Assembly (NCBI RefSeq): GCF_006345805.1
Contig: NC_042998.1
Coordinates: 96,100,001 to 96,164,000 of the forward strand
From: Octopus sinensis
Taxonomy: Eukaryota
Length of the DNA: 64,000 nt
Direction of reading: 5' to 3'
The stretch's first letter is position 1. Each line of letters starts with the position of its first letter. Shown one piece after another: positions 26,148 to 39,828 of this stretch. The notes under the pieces were generated by a model, which saw nothing but the letters and a program-made list of their open reading frames with translations, was not told where the DNA came from and did not search any database. Made by a program: the position numbers and the translations under genes.

Positions 26148-27135
26148 CATACATACATACATACATACATACATACATACATACATACATACATACATAC
26201 ATACATACATACATACATACAAAGACGCTCACGTACATATGCATACATAAATACACACATGCATATATTTACATGTATCTACATACATATAAGTATATAT
26301 CTTTCATCTTTTATTTGTTTCAGTCACTGAACTGCGGCCATGCTGGGGTATCGCCTGGAAGTGTTTAAATCGAAGAAATCGGCCGCAGTACTTATTTTGT
26401 TAAAGCCTAGTATTTGTGCTATTGGTCTATTCTGCCGAGCCGTTAAATTACAGGGACGTAAACAAGCCAACACCGGTTGTCAAACAGTAGTGGGGGACAA
26501 ATAGAAACACAAAGATACACATACACAAACACACACACACATATATATATATGTGTATGTGTGTGTGTGTGTGTGTGCGTGTGTGCGTGTGTGTGTGTGC
26601 ATACACATACATACATACATATATATACGTATATGTTTATCAAGTTGAAACTTATAGGACTAGTGATGTTTCTTTGGAATTTTGAAACTCGAAGTGAAAC
26701 GTCATTTGTCTTGAATATATTATATTATATTATATTATATTATAATATTTATAATATTAACTTATATCTACACTCCACATCTCATAGAACACAACACAAC
26801 ATGTAATTACACACAAACATTAATTAACAGTAAGAACAATTTGAAATAAATACCGGAATTCAAAACCTACTCATCAACAGGAAACCGTAAATTCATAAGT
26901 CAGAAATCATTCCTCGGATGACTAATGCAACGTAAATTTGAGTGTAAAAATGAAAAATGTAAATGTTGTTTCAAACTGACAAACAGACAAAAACAAGTAC
27001 ATTTTCTCGCCTACTGAACATGCAGTTACAAGGAGCGAGTGCAAAATATAATACGTGTTCTCGTTTATCATGGGTGTTTGATTTTTTTTTTAAATCACAA
27101 TAATACATGAATCCGTGATAAATGAAGCATCACCA

Positions 27136-27468
27136 TTATCTTTTAAATGGAACGAATACTATATTCATTGACACCATGTTCGTTGTCCACAGCTGCAAAG
27201 CTTTCACTATTGCATATTTTTGAATCGTCTTTAGCTTTTCCAGTATAGAATGCGCTCGGCTGCGTCGTTTGTCAGCATTCATATTTTTTCTTTCCACTGG
27301 TCTCATGTTAATGGGTAAGAACACGTAAATCGATTTAAGGAATACGAAGATTAGCAGCACCGTCATAAAAACATAAGAGATAGCCAGCGCATCCTGGGCA
27401 GCTGAGCATTTTGGGTAGTCGCTGGCGCAAGTTTTTGCGGTACGAGCAATCCGTGATAAGCTGAACAT
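27136..27468 (-). CDS. Candidate 110-aa single-pass membrane protein (unrecognised)
   Basis: Non-repetitive ORF, ATG in AACCATG context, hydrophobic ALAISYVFMTVLLIFVFLKSIYVFLPI followed by a basic tail; strong acceptor TTTTCTTTCGTTTCCTGTAG at 27527. No homolog recognised. Confidence 0.3.
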   Translation of the reverse strand: MFSLSRIARTAKTCASDYPKCSAAQDALAISYVFMTVLLIFVFLKSIYVFLPINMRPVERKNMNADKRRSRAHSILEKLKTIQKYAIVKALQLWTTNMVSMNIVFVPFKR

Positions 27469-29749
27469 GGTTCACAGTTGAGCGAACTGTGTTACCCTGG
27501 ATCAGTGATAAACGAGACTACATGTTCTACAGGAAACGAAAGAAAACTGGAAGTAAAACGCCAACAAAACCATCGTATATAGGATTCTTAATAATAAGAG
27601 AAAGAAAAATAGTTATGGTAACTTTATTGATAGCAAACAATAAACCAAAAATTAAAACATAATAGTACAGCTCCTGAGTAACAAATTAAGAATAGACACT
27701 AATTAATGAAAGCAGCAAGTACGGAATTAACGGTCGCCAAATAAGAAATTAAAAAAAGCAAATTGGCGATGTCGATTTAATCAGTAACAACATCATTTCT
27801 ATGATTCTTACTTTGGGTGAGGTGGAAATAATCGATTCCATGGTACTTGACTGGAACTTTACTTTATCGGCTTCGGAATAAACTTGACAGAATTTGATTT
27901 CAGAATGTGAAGAGCCGTAAAGAATACTACAATGTATTTTTCCCGACTATCGATTATGCTAATCAATCCACTGCCCTTAAAAATGGCAATAATTAAACCC
28001 AAGAACAATCACTTAACCCAGAATATAAGATCGAGGAAATTTATAGCTCCAAACTAAACAACAGTTAGAAAATACGAAAGGTGCTTAATGAAAAAGATCA
28101 ACCTCGAGTACAGTCATAATCTCGATATAACGTTTTAAAGCAAAGCTACAACACTGACACGCTCTCACATATACACATACATATACGTTACACATAGTTT
28201 ACACTGCGGAATATTTCCTTTATCAGCTTTTGACTGAACGACGACTTCAGCTTCTTCGAAGAGTTAACGAACACCTTTGATACTTCCGAAACGCGGATTG
28301 TTTGGCTCGGTAGCATGCCTGTTCTTGTGATGGCAGACTAATTCTGTGGCTCTGTTTAACACTACCACCTGGTGGCCATTGGATGCCTTTAGTAGAATCC
28401 ACTCGGCTGCAAACATTCGAACCAGGTCTTTGGTCTGATAATGACTTCAATTCTTGCCGTCAGTCACAGAGGCTTGAAAAGGTTAAGGACGCTCTAATTC
28501 TTTCTCTGATTAAACCATAAAAAAAGTCTGTTAACACTAGTCTAGATTATTTGAACCTCTTACTGCTATCTAAGCAAAAACGAGTTAACCATTTCCTCTT
28601 ATTTAACATCATCAATGTATCTTACACTCTGACTAAACACTCTACCCACTTATTACTCGACAGAATTGCATAAAACTTCCTTCTTAATGTAGGCGTTTCC
28701 TCCAATCATTAATCCACAGCAATTCAGCATAAACATTTATTTCTCTAAATTAGCTCTAACCTACAGTCGAAAAGCAATTATGGACCTGGTATTGCATTAT
28801 CTCGGAATAACGAATAAGAAGAAAAAGATTAAGAATAAATCAAATTCTAACAACGATTAAATATAGAAATTAGCAGCGGTAATATTAAACACACACACAC
28901 GCACACACACACACACGCACTTTCAAATATTGCATTAATTTTCAGTTCACGCATACATGCTCATATATATTTTAAGAGCACCTCTTCATATACTATTTGT
29001 ATACATCTATACGTAAACGTTTTGCTGAAATAGAAATATTTAGCTCTTTCTGTTTAGCATTTTGTTCTGCGGTTGGCAACGCTAGTGATTTTTTTTTCTG
29101 AAATACCAAAGGGCTAAATAAATAAATAAATAAAGAAAGAAAGAAAGAAAGAATGAAAGAAAGAAAGGAAGAAAGAAAGAAAGAATGAAAGAAATGAAGT
29201 CATGGAATATTTCATAGCCTTGAATACCAAATATCACGTGATTAGATAAACAGTTTGTAATTACAAAAGCAATACAAATATAATTCTTTTATTGTGTCAA
29301 ACATAAGAATAACCAACTACAAACCAAATGCCTAAGATTATACTTTCTAAGAACATCGAAAACTAAATCAGGCCTGACCTTTTTATTATTTCTTTTTTTC
29401 TTAGACTGTACTGATGTTTTCTGAAGTGGTGGCACTGTGAGATTACGATGCCATCAATAAAGCGGGAAGGGTAAGAGAAAATGTCAAGGACTGAATTGAT
29501 CACGTGACTGTCCTTTCAAGATTGCTCTTAAAACACATGTGGTCAGCTGGAAAGTGTAAGATACATAAAGAAACAAAAAGCGGCAGCATTTTGTTGCTTT
29601 TCACAAGAATAATTAGATTGAATATAAAGCAAAATTGTAACCATAATATACTATTCTCCGCGGCAAGACAAAAGCTATTATTTTCCACTTATATTTAAGT
29701 AGACGACGAAATAATGTCTAGCAAAACGTTTGTGTCTTATCTCTTGCTT

Positions 29750-29826
<77 letters not shown>

Positions 29827-30072
29827 TATATATATATACGTATATTTATATAGATGCATTGAGAACGGATGAAAGAGGGAATATAAATATCTCCGTTTCG
29901 TAGGAATCACTCTTGCTTAGATACAAACAGTTCTCTACATACGCACATACATTAATACATAGATGGATCTGCTCATAGAGACACGCGCATATACATAGAA
30001 ATATGCTTACACATCCTCGCACACACACACATGTCCTTCAGTTGTTATATATATATATAAGGGCACATATGT

Positions 30073-30109
<37 letters not shown>

Positions 30110-30284
30110 TATATAAGAGGGATGACTTGTAAGTGGAAATCCATTATGCTAGAAGAAGATCCGCTATGGTCTTACCACTAAGAAAGAAATGTTCTGAAGA
30201 AAATTTAGCAAACGCGAGAACGTAAGCGAGCAAAACACATGAAAAGATACAAAATCTATCTCTCTATCTATCTATCTATCTATC

Positions 30285-30441
<157 letters not shown>

Positions 30442-30767
30442 CATATATACATATATACATATATACATATATATATATATAATTAAGAGCATTCTTCCAA
30501 TACGTATGTATACACTGGCGTACCTAGACATTAAAACTTTCAAAACTTACATACCCATACCTATAAATACTAACTCACACATACTATGCATGAAAATATT
30601 TGACGATGAACATGTCAAAAGATGCTTTGAAATATATGTTGTAGTTTATAGACATACGGATGATACATAATACCGTATATGCGTATACCTAATTTGACTA
30701 TACACACACACACGCACGCACACACACAGACACACAAACACATATGTATATATATATTATAAGTAAG

Positions 30768-30935
30768 TGGGGAGCCGGTGAGCTGGCAGAATTGTTTGCA
30801 CACCGGGCGAAATGCTTAGCGGTATTTTGTCCGTCTTTACTCTGAGTTTAAGTTCCGCCAAGATCAACTTTACCTTTCATTCTTTCTGGGGTCGATAAAA
30901 TAAGTACCAGTTGAGCACTTGGGTCGATCTAATCG
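30768..30935 (+). mobile_element. Family A SINE
   Basis: GGTGAGCTGGCAGAATT..GAGTTTAAGTTCCGCC..CCTTTCATTC..GGTCGATAAAATAAGTACCAG. Confidence 0.85.
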
Positions 30936-31904
30936 ATAAGTGTGCTCTAGGATCCTTTTCCAACAAACCTCCCAGGAATAATTAGGCGAAGAAGATAAGA
31001 TGAAACGAGATGTATGTACGTATGCATGCATAATATATTATTACCCTCAACTAAGCACATTTAATCCGTCTCACCAACCCACGGGAAGTTTAAGCTCATA
31101 GAGTTTATCTACTCCTTTCTCACCGGAGCTACTCTTTTTAGAACTATTCCTTACTCTTCCTTTCATTCGCCGAGCTTCAGAGTGTTACGATTGTAAAATA
31201 TCGGAAATCCACAGCATCAACAAAGGATTCACATACCTTTTATCGTTTGCTTGTTTTAGTTACTGGACCTGCGGCCTTGTTTGGGGAGCCGCCTTGAAGG
31301 GTATAGTCGAACATATCCCCCCCTCCTCACACACACTAGCCCGTACTTATTTTCAACGTCTGTAAGTTACTTTGTCGGTCTCGTTTGTCGAACCGCTATG
31401 TTATGGGGACCGCAACAAACCAACATCGGCTGTCAAGTGATGGGGTAGAAACAAGCACAATCACAAAGACCTATATACATATCTATATACACACATAGAA
31501 CATGCTTCCACAGATGTATACCAAATCCACTCATAAGGCATCAGTCAACCCAAGGCTATAATAGAAGACAATTGTCACAGTGGGACTGAACTCGAAAGCT
31601 AGAGGTTGCAAAGCCAGCATTTTAACTATACAGCTATACCTACTCCTGTATACACTATCTGGTAAAATAGTCTGCAGTGGTACCAATATCTATTGAAACA
31701 ATACCGTTATTTTCTCTGTGTGAAAGGGGACTGTTCTGTCATAAATAATTGGAAAAGATGCATCTTAAATACCAAAGTGCTGCACAATGAGATAGAACCC
31801 TAAACTATATGGTTGCGAGCGAATTTCTTAACCACAGTCATACTTGCATTTATGTGGAAGAAAACCAATATGCTCAGCCTTATGAGTCATTTCAGCTATT
31901 TGAG

Positions 31905-32236
<332 letters not shown>

Positions 32237-33494
32237 TGGGTGAATGAGAGAGAGTGGGGTGAGTGCGAGTGTGTCGTACTTGAAATCATAAAGAAAGTAA
32301 ACAAACCTCCCACAAGAAGTTGTTATAACCTTATTAAGTACTTGGATTAGCCCCAGATAAACTGTGTTTAAAGATGATGAATAAGATTTCAGCAATGTTA
32401 GGAAATATGAGACTTACTAAATGTCCCAGCAAGACGTCAAGTTTGTGAAAGAATAGAAGTTGACATGAATGGCACATACATATTTTCATGCCACAAAATT
32501 AGAATGATCTCTGAGTTAATTATGATGATGCTCTTCTAACTATCTATCTGTCTCTCTCTCATCCCCCATCTCTCTGTCTGTCTCTCTCAAACATTTATTA
32601 AAACATAACATGGAATAATAGGAAAATTCAAGCTTTATCTGCTCATACCCTTTTCTTTTCCTTTAACTTTTTGCCTGTCCTTAGTATCATATGATACACA
32701 GGATTTTTTATTTTTCGTTTCCATACATCATATACGAAGTGCATTCCCAATTTTATTCAACCACCAGCATAACTTGGGGTTTATCAAAGGAAAAAACTTT
32801 ATATTACTCAGAAGGTTTGAAATTGGGGCTAAGTTAAATTTTGAAAACAAGCATGAATGTTTAGGGCAAATTTATGAAAATGCTTTGGGCATGCAAAGAG
32901 TTAACTCATACCCATAACTCTTTTTAGTGTGCAAAAAGGTAGTGATATGCTTTGGCAAAACTTATTTAGTGAGGTCTGATAATTGAGATAAGTTCGTATG
33001 GCGTATGATTACTGGAGGGCTAACTCTTCGTTTAAGAGAAGTTTTTTCAACAGTAGGTATAGTCTTCATACTCTTATATGTAGTGAAACGTAGTTACTAT
33101 AGGTACAACACTTTTCCGTCGCATCTAGGGTTTTCTTAAGAGAGTTTTTGCGTTTTTACCATGGCATCACTGTTACCTGAAATCGAAGATGATTTGGTGC
33201 ACGTACTACGTTTCCGCTAACTGTTTTAAATATTCACGTAGTCGCGAGCAGACACATGGACCTTGCCAACCCTCTGATCCTAGACACAGGAAAACATCCA
33301 GGATCTGGTATTTGATGAAAGTGTGGAATGCTAAGTGTACTTTATCGTACTTTATTTATCGACCTCGAAAACGTGAAAACTAAATTTAACCTCGGCGAAA
33401 TTTTTACTGAGCACGCTGAGACATGGAAACAAACATTGCAACGTATTCTATTCGATGCTCTGTCTCTGCCAATCGACTGTATTATGAATCGTTC

Positions 33495-33728
33495 TTCTAT
33501 TCATCCATTTTCATGGCCTACTATTCCTGAGAAGTTGTCGGGGTGCAGCTTACAGGCACGTTCTCCATAGGGTCCTATCAAAAGTAAACCTCATTACACT
33601 TCCCTGCTGGACTCCAAGGCGTGACCAACTAAGACTATGGATGTTATCCAACCATCTCCTTCTTGGTTCGGCTTCAAGAATTTGTCTTGCGATCCTTTCA
33701 CACGTCATTCTAACCACATGTTCATTGT
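33495..33728 (-). mobile_element. RTE-clade LINE 3' fragment
   Basis: Minus strand QFRYNEHVVRM..RIARQILEAEPRRRWLDNI..LSWSRLGV....DRTLWR..AAPRQ. Confidence 0.65.
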
Positions 33729-35439
33729 ACCGGAACTGTGACCTCTAAATCATATTAACAAGCAGAAAAAATCTCCCCTCGTGTGATTTCTTCCATTTCG
33801 AATTATGATACCGTTCTTTGTATTTGATCTGATTTTCTCTGAACACTGGCATAGCGGTAATGATAATAATTAGCGAAACTGATATCTTTATTCTTTTTGG
33901 TCTTATTCCATACCATTCCGTTATTGCCACGAATTTCCTACTGGCTGCTTTTTTATGGTTAAACTCTAAATTATTTAAATTAAAATTTCAAACAATATTC
34001 AGTGAATACACTTATACATCAGTGTTATCGCACGCAAGTTCACATTGACACTGAATGAGAAAGCATAAAGAGCAAGAATTCTTTAGCATTTTTTTTTACA
34101 AGTTTCCTAGGAAATCAAACAATCAAAGCAAAATAATATATTTACAAAATAGTTACATTTTAAAAAGAAAATTATGCTTTAATCGAATTTTAATTCGATC
34201 TGTATAATCAATATGCTACTTTGCTTACGATCTACTGCCTTTAATTTGTTTGGCTTCCACATTTTGTTCGGTTTATATCATTAAAATTACGTTGTTTCTC
34301 TTTTTACACTGGAAATCAAATCAATAATGGAAAAAAGATGTTATCAAAAACAAACTGTGATTTTAATCAAAGATGTGCAGGGGTAGAACTTGTAATCAAT
34401 AAATACACCTCCCTCTAGTTGCTGATTGAAATATATTTCAAAATGTCTGGAGGAAATTTTTAGAGGAGGTGAAAAACGAAGTTGATGATGTATTAAAAAA
34501 AATATATATATTTATTTATATAAACTAAACCAGCTGAGCTAACTGCAATGTTTTCTTCAATCAATAATCAAAAATATCTATTTAGCTCTCCATTTATTAC
34601 ATATATATACATCCAAGTAAGCCGTATCTCCACAGGTTCAATATCGTGTTTTGTGCATGTGTACATACATACATACATACATACATAATATTATATATAT
34701 ATATATTCTCTGAATCAAAACCATCTATTAAGTCAATTCGTTGCATACTAAGATGAATTAGCAACTTGAAGAATAGCTGAGAATATACTTTTTATGAACA
34801 CACCAAGTAATTGTCAAGATCTTTTTTTTTTTTACTGTTTGCTGCGTGAAAACCGATTTCGTAATTGGAGGTTTACATAATAAACAATGATATACTAAAC
34901 CAAAATAAAATGGGTCAGATTCAGCGAAATCCGCTTTCCGTATGAGAATCACTTACTTAACAGACATTAGAACAACCGAACCTATTATGCCTCGTTTTTT
35001 TTTATAGAATCATTCATAAACATATAACTAGCAACCTACGTTCAAGTCCAAGTATGTTTAGTTTGTGAATAATGCATATTTCAGAGTTGCATTTATCTAG
35101 TTAATGATTTGAAACCGTTTGTTGAAACTGGAGCAATGGGAGAGCTATATTAGTCATTTAAATACCTCAGAAAATTACTAGAATCATTTTTAATTTATTT
35201 ACACGGAATAAATTAAGAGTCAATTTAACCATTTTCACGTGTTATTAAATGACTCCGACAAGGTGGCGAATTGGCAGGATTTTTAGTGCGTCACTCCAGT
35301 CATGACCGTTTCATCTTTTCAGACACTCTTTATCTTGGACTATATAATAATGTATTTGTCGTTTATTTTAATGATGGTAGAATGTGATATGAGTGGAATC
35401 TGACTGCTATTTCTAACAACGAATGAACCAAAAAGAAGG

Positions 35440-35575
35440 TTACACGGGAAGCAAGAGTCCCACTGGGTCCTGATTCTGCTCTGTATCCTCACAGTAACCT
35501 TGGATTTTATGCTAATATTGGTCTAATGAGCCACCTCAGGACCCACAATATGGAAATCTTCAGAGAATGAAGGAC
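35440..35575 (+). mobile_element. RTE/BovB-like LINE extreme 3' fragment
   Basis: YPHSNLGFYANIGLMSHLRTH resembles the RTE terminal CPHC..F.A.IGL.SHLRTH motif. Confidence 0.6.
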
Positions 35576-37426
35576 GAACGTAAACAACGAGTGACCACGT
35601 TCCATCGACATTTTTGTTAACCAATAAACCCACAAAGAACGTTACGTCATAGGTTGCTAAAATGATGCAGACACAACTGAAAAACAGGAATATGTAATAT
35701 TCAATGAATGATTAACTGACTGCAATGCAGTATCGGTTGATAAATCTTTTAGCCATTTTTTTAATTACTGTTGCAGTGCGATGCTCACGACATGGGAACA
35801 AACATTCACAACTCTCTGAACGATTAACCCCTGACGTTAACACCCAGAGATGCCGCCCTCATGTAAGGCAGTAGTTACGTTAACGTTAACATATATGTTG
35901 TAGCGGGCATTGAAAATCTAATTAGAAACGCTGATTAGAAAATACGCGGTAGGAGTCTCCCACATTACTTTGGTGAGTACTGAGAACGCGTTGCTTCACT
36001 GAGGAGTTCTAATTGTCTAATATAATCAAAGGTGTCCGGAATTGCCTCCTATCCTTACAGAAATTCAAATAATCACGCGTGTCCTCTGTGTGTACGTGGG
36101 ATATACCAAATCGGTACATGAATCGTGAAGTTAGTTAATTATTCCAAAACATTGATGTACTTTTATTTAATATTCACCATGAACTTGCGTTCAATTTTCC
36201 ACATGGTGCAATCATTGTAACTCTAAACACGATATATTTTTAAAGAAATAATGATAAACAGACACATTTTGCTCCATACGTATGGTTTATCGATAGTATA
36301 CTGACGTAAGAATCGAGAATTTGGGGCAGCCGAGATAATCAGCATTATTAAATGTGCCATAACATTTAGATGGCAAGCTATATAAGCAATTTCAGTAAAC
36401 CACCCACTCTCTTCTTAGAACAGCTGCCAAACCCAATAAACAGCTGTTCAATTCACTATAATCAACTATTGTTGCAAGGGACATTTTATTCATGCTTTAA
36501 TAAATTCGAATGATTAACTATTGATAATGTTATCCATACCTGCCGTATATAATATCGTTCTGCTACTTCGCTGCATTCGATTAAACAGCTTATTTTCTGC
36601 TGCTGTAGAAATATGCGCACTTAAGGAGAAGAGGTTGAAGGTAGAAAACATATAAACTGAACACTATTATCCTTTCGTGCTATTCTCAGTTACTTTTATA
36701 CCTTGGTCTTGTAGTAAACGGTGAAAAGTAGAGAATCAGTTTCGGTTCATAGAGTTATTTCACTTCAGTTGCGTTGTCGATGCAATTGAGAAAGACCATG
36801 CGTCAAAGTTTCCATTTCATTCATGTATTGACAGAAAGCTATGATTACGAAAATGACAGTCGATTGATCCTATCACATTTGGGTAATATATAGATTTATT
36901 AATTACTTTCTGCAGAAGTGGAAGCATTCACAAAAATCGACATTTTTGCCTGAGGATTGTTGGTGAATAAAACTTCATTTTCTCCAGCAAGCCTTGCTTT
37001 TTTAGCTGGACTGATGTTTATTTAGGCAATATATTGGTGGCAGAAAAACATAATAAACACTGTAAAAATATTTTGAAATTGCAATTTCCAATATATTTAA
37101 GTGTCAAGAGCTTATAATTAGGTATTATTCATCACCAAGAATGATGTAAATTTTGACCAACAGTTGAAGAGAGAATAAAGTTCCTGTTTAAATGAGTGGA
37201 CAGTACTGTCTCAATGCTTAGGTCAGTGAATTTTTTCGCTATTGCAAACACATTATTATGTCCATTCCTGAGACTTTGTAATCAAAAAGCTCTCTTCATA
37301 ACCACGGGCTTTCGGGTTCAATGCCGCTGTGCGGGACCTTAGTCAAGTATCTGCTATAGCCCCGGAGCGACCATTGCTTTGTGAATGAGTTTGGTAGGCG
37401 GAAACTGTATGGAATCTCGTTGCATA

Positions 37427-37462
<36 letters not shown>

Positions 37463-37788
37463 TGTATGTATGTATGTATCCATGTATGTATGTTGTATGT
37501 ATGTATGTATGTATGTATGTATGTATGTATGAATGCATGTATGCATGAATGTATGTATGTATGTATGTATGTATATTCTCTTTTACTCTTTTATCTGTTT
37601 CGGTCAGTTGACTGTCGCCATGCTGGAGCACCGCATTTAGTCGAACAAATCGACCCCAGGACTTAATCTTTATAAGCCCAGTACTTATTCTATCGGTTTC
37701 TTTTGCCTAACTGCTAAGTTACGGGGACGTAAACAAACCAGCCTCTGTTGTCAAGCATTGGTAGGGGAACAAACACAGACACACAAAC

Positions 37789-37819
<31 letters not shown>

Positions 37820-37978
37820 CATGACGGGATTCTTTCAGTTGCCGTCTACCAAATCTAATCACAAAGCTTTAATTGGCCCGAGGCTATCTTAAGAGACACT
37901 TAACCCGGAACCACGTGGTTGGTAAGCAAGTTACTTACCACACAGCTACTCCTGCCCTTACATATATATATGTATATA

Positions 37979-38024
<46 letters not shown>

Positions 38025-38666
38025 TATATATATGCATATATACACACATACATGTAGATGCCTACATATATATGTATATATACATGCATATATGGAACAA
38101 AACGAGAAACGAGAACATAAAAACAAAAGCATGGAAAACGAACTTTTTTTCGAACAACGAAAAAAAAACAAATGGAGAAACGAGACAGGCAACATAAAGA
38201 ACATTCCCTTCATCAGTTGTCCCCTGTTTTATCTACTTCGCGTTTCGAAGGTAGGGACAGGATGCGACTTCGTTAATACAGTCCTTCCCGCAAAGCAAAT
38301 TAAATAAAATTTGGGATTTTTTGCCGAGGGTTAAAGTGGTAACAAAAACAGGACAGTAAGAACAAAACAGTAAAAACAAAGTGGTGAACGCTGGAAAAAC
38401 AAGCTTTGAGAAGAGACAGGCAAAAGCACGTCTTGCCTTTAGGAAGGAAGTGGAAGAAAGAAAGAAAGATAGATAGCTGTTGGTCACGTGTGAGCAGCGA
38501 GAGAGTCAAGGAGGAAGAGTGAAAGAGAGAGAGAGAGAGGGAACGGTGAAGGGGAGAGGAGAAGAATTAGAGAAAGGGTGGCAGAGAAAATAGAAAAGAA
38601 GAACAACAGAAGGAGATAGAATAGAGATAGGTCGTAGAGTGCGCATCGGAATTATTAAGATAAAAG

Positions 38667-38743
<77 letters not shown>

Positions 38744-38754
38744 ATATATATATG

Positions 38755-38788
<34 letters not shown>

Positions 38789-38796
38789 ATATATAT

Positions 38797-38986
38797 GTAG
38801 GTCCCGGGTTGATTCGGGGTTAACCACAGTAAATAAGGTACTCAATACATAGCAGAGTAAAATTAATTTATTATATAGAAGGAGCTTCTACAGGACTAGA
38901 ACTGTTTCATTCAAGAGAATCTTCAGGAAGATTTCTCTTGAATGAAACAGTTCTAGTCCTGTAGAAGCTCCTTCTATATAATAAAT
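38797..38986. mobile_element. Minimal PLE family 1 insertion: 69-bp tail plus near-perfect fold-back of the hammerhead region
   Basis: 54-bp perfect arms (38866-38919 / 38933-38986), centre TCTTCAGGAAGAT; same tail as 1890-1957; inside a (TA)n array. Confidence 0.85.
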
Positions 38987-38996
38987 ATATATATAT

Positions 38997-39828
38997 ATAA
39001 TTTTATAATTGCTTTATAATTATAAGAGGGCACACGCGTTGCCTGCATTGTTGTGAAAATGAGAGTCGAAAAGTCCTCTAAGAAAACCACCGATCCCTGG
39101 GAAAATAACAAGCACCACAGAAATCGGGCTACGAGCAAAGAAATTAACTTACCATCTCGGCAGAGGGCCGTAGAATGAGAGTGCAGGATTTTCAACTCTC
39201 ATTTTCACAGCAATGTTGGTAACGCATGTGACCTATTATAATTATAAGATAATTATAAAATTTTGGATCTGCCAATTATCGGCTCTTGTTTGTTGGCCAC
39301 CTATATTATTGTTGTTATTATTAATTTTACTAATGATAATAATTAATAATAATATCTATGTAAATATTTTCGAATATTTATTCATTTTGCAATTTTTTAA
39401 ACTGACACCGTTTTTTTAATTTGGCGCTAGCTTTTCCACGGTTACCAAGCACAACGAATCGAGCGAAAGTTTTTAATCCTAGGTATATAGTGAGAACTGC
39501 TGATGAGAATTAAGGGAGTTAAACTCAAAATTTGAAATCAATTGATCCAGGATTATCTATTTCTTCATTCTACGGCTCTGTCGAGATGGTAAGTTGATTT
39601 CTTTGCTCGTAGCCCGATTTCTGTTGTGCTTGTTAATTATTCCAGTGATTGGTGGTACAACAATGCTGGCAATGCGTGTACCCTTATATAATTATGAATT
39701 AATGATAAGATTTTGAATTTGCCATTTATCGGCTTTTGCATGTTGGCCACCTATATTATTGTTGTTATTAGATTAATAATAAAGTCCATATAAATATTTT
39801 CGAATATTCATTAAGTAATATATATATA
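38997..39828 (+). mobile_element. PLE-like family 3 compound: inverted copy plus two direct pLTR-like copies
   Basis: 38997-39179 is the reverse complement of about 39565-39710 (the latter lacks 30 bp); 39184-39385 repeats about 39657-39825 directly; hammerhead at 39487-39560; (TA)n at both ends. Confidence 0.65.
39487..39560 (+). ncRNA. Type I hammerhead ribozyme (family 3)
   Basis: CTG(39497-99) CTGATGA(39500-06) GAATT..GAGTT-A-AACTC..AATTT GAAA(39534-37) palindromic ATCAATTGAT, C17, CAG; distal ATAG/CTAT pair beyond a 6x6 internal loop. Confidence 0.7.

Noticed and set aside
28247-28460. Unique GC-richer segment as upstream exon of the 27.1-27.5 kb ORF
   Set aside because: No convincing donor site or recognisable peptide.
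30185-30225. CTGAAGA..CAAACGCGAG hammerhead-like remnant (and CTGATGA at about 43405)
   Set aside because: Too many core changes to support.
38190-38260. Minus-strand GAAACGCG ... CTGATGA as a type II hammerhead
   Set aside because: No stem I hairpin forms between the boxes and stem II closure is poor; probably part of an abundant repeat.
39015-39247. Mutator/foldback DNA transposon interpretation
   Set aside because: The apparent TIR continues into sequence repeated directly downstream and linked to a hammerhead, which fits an inverted pLTR better.
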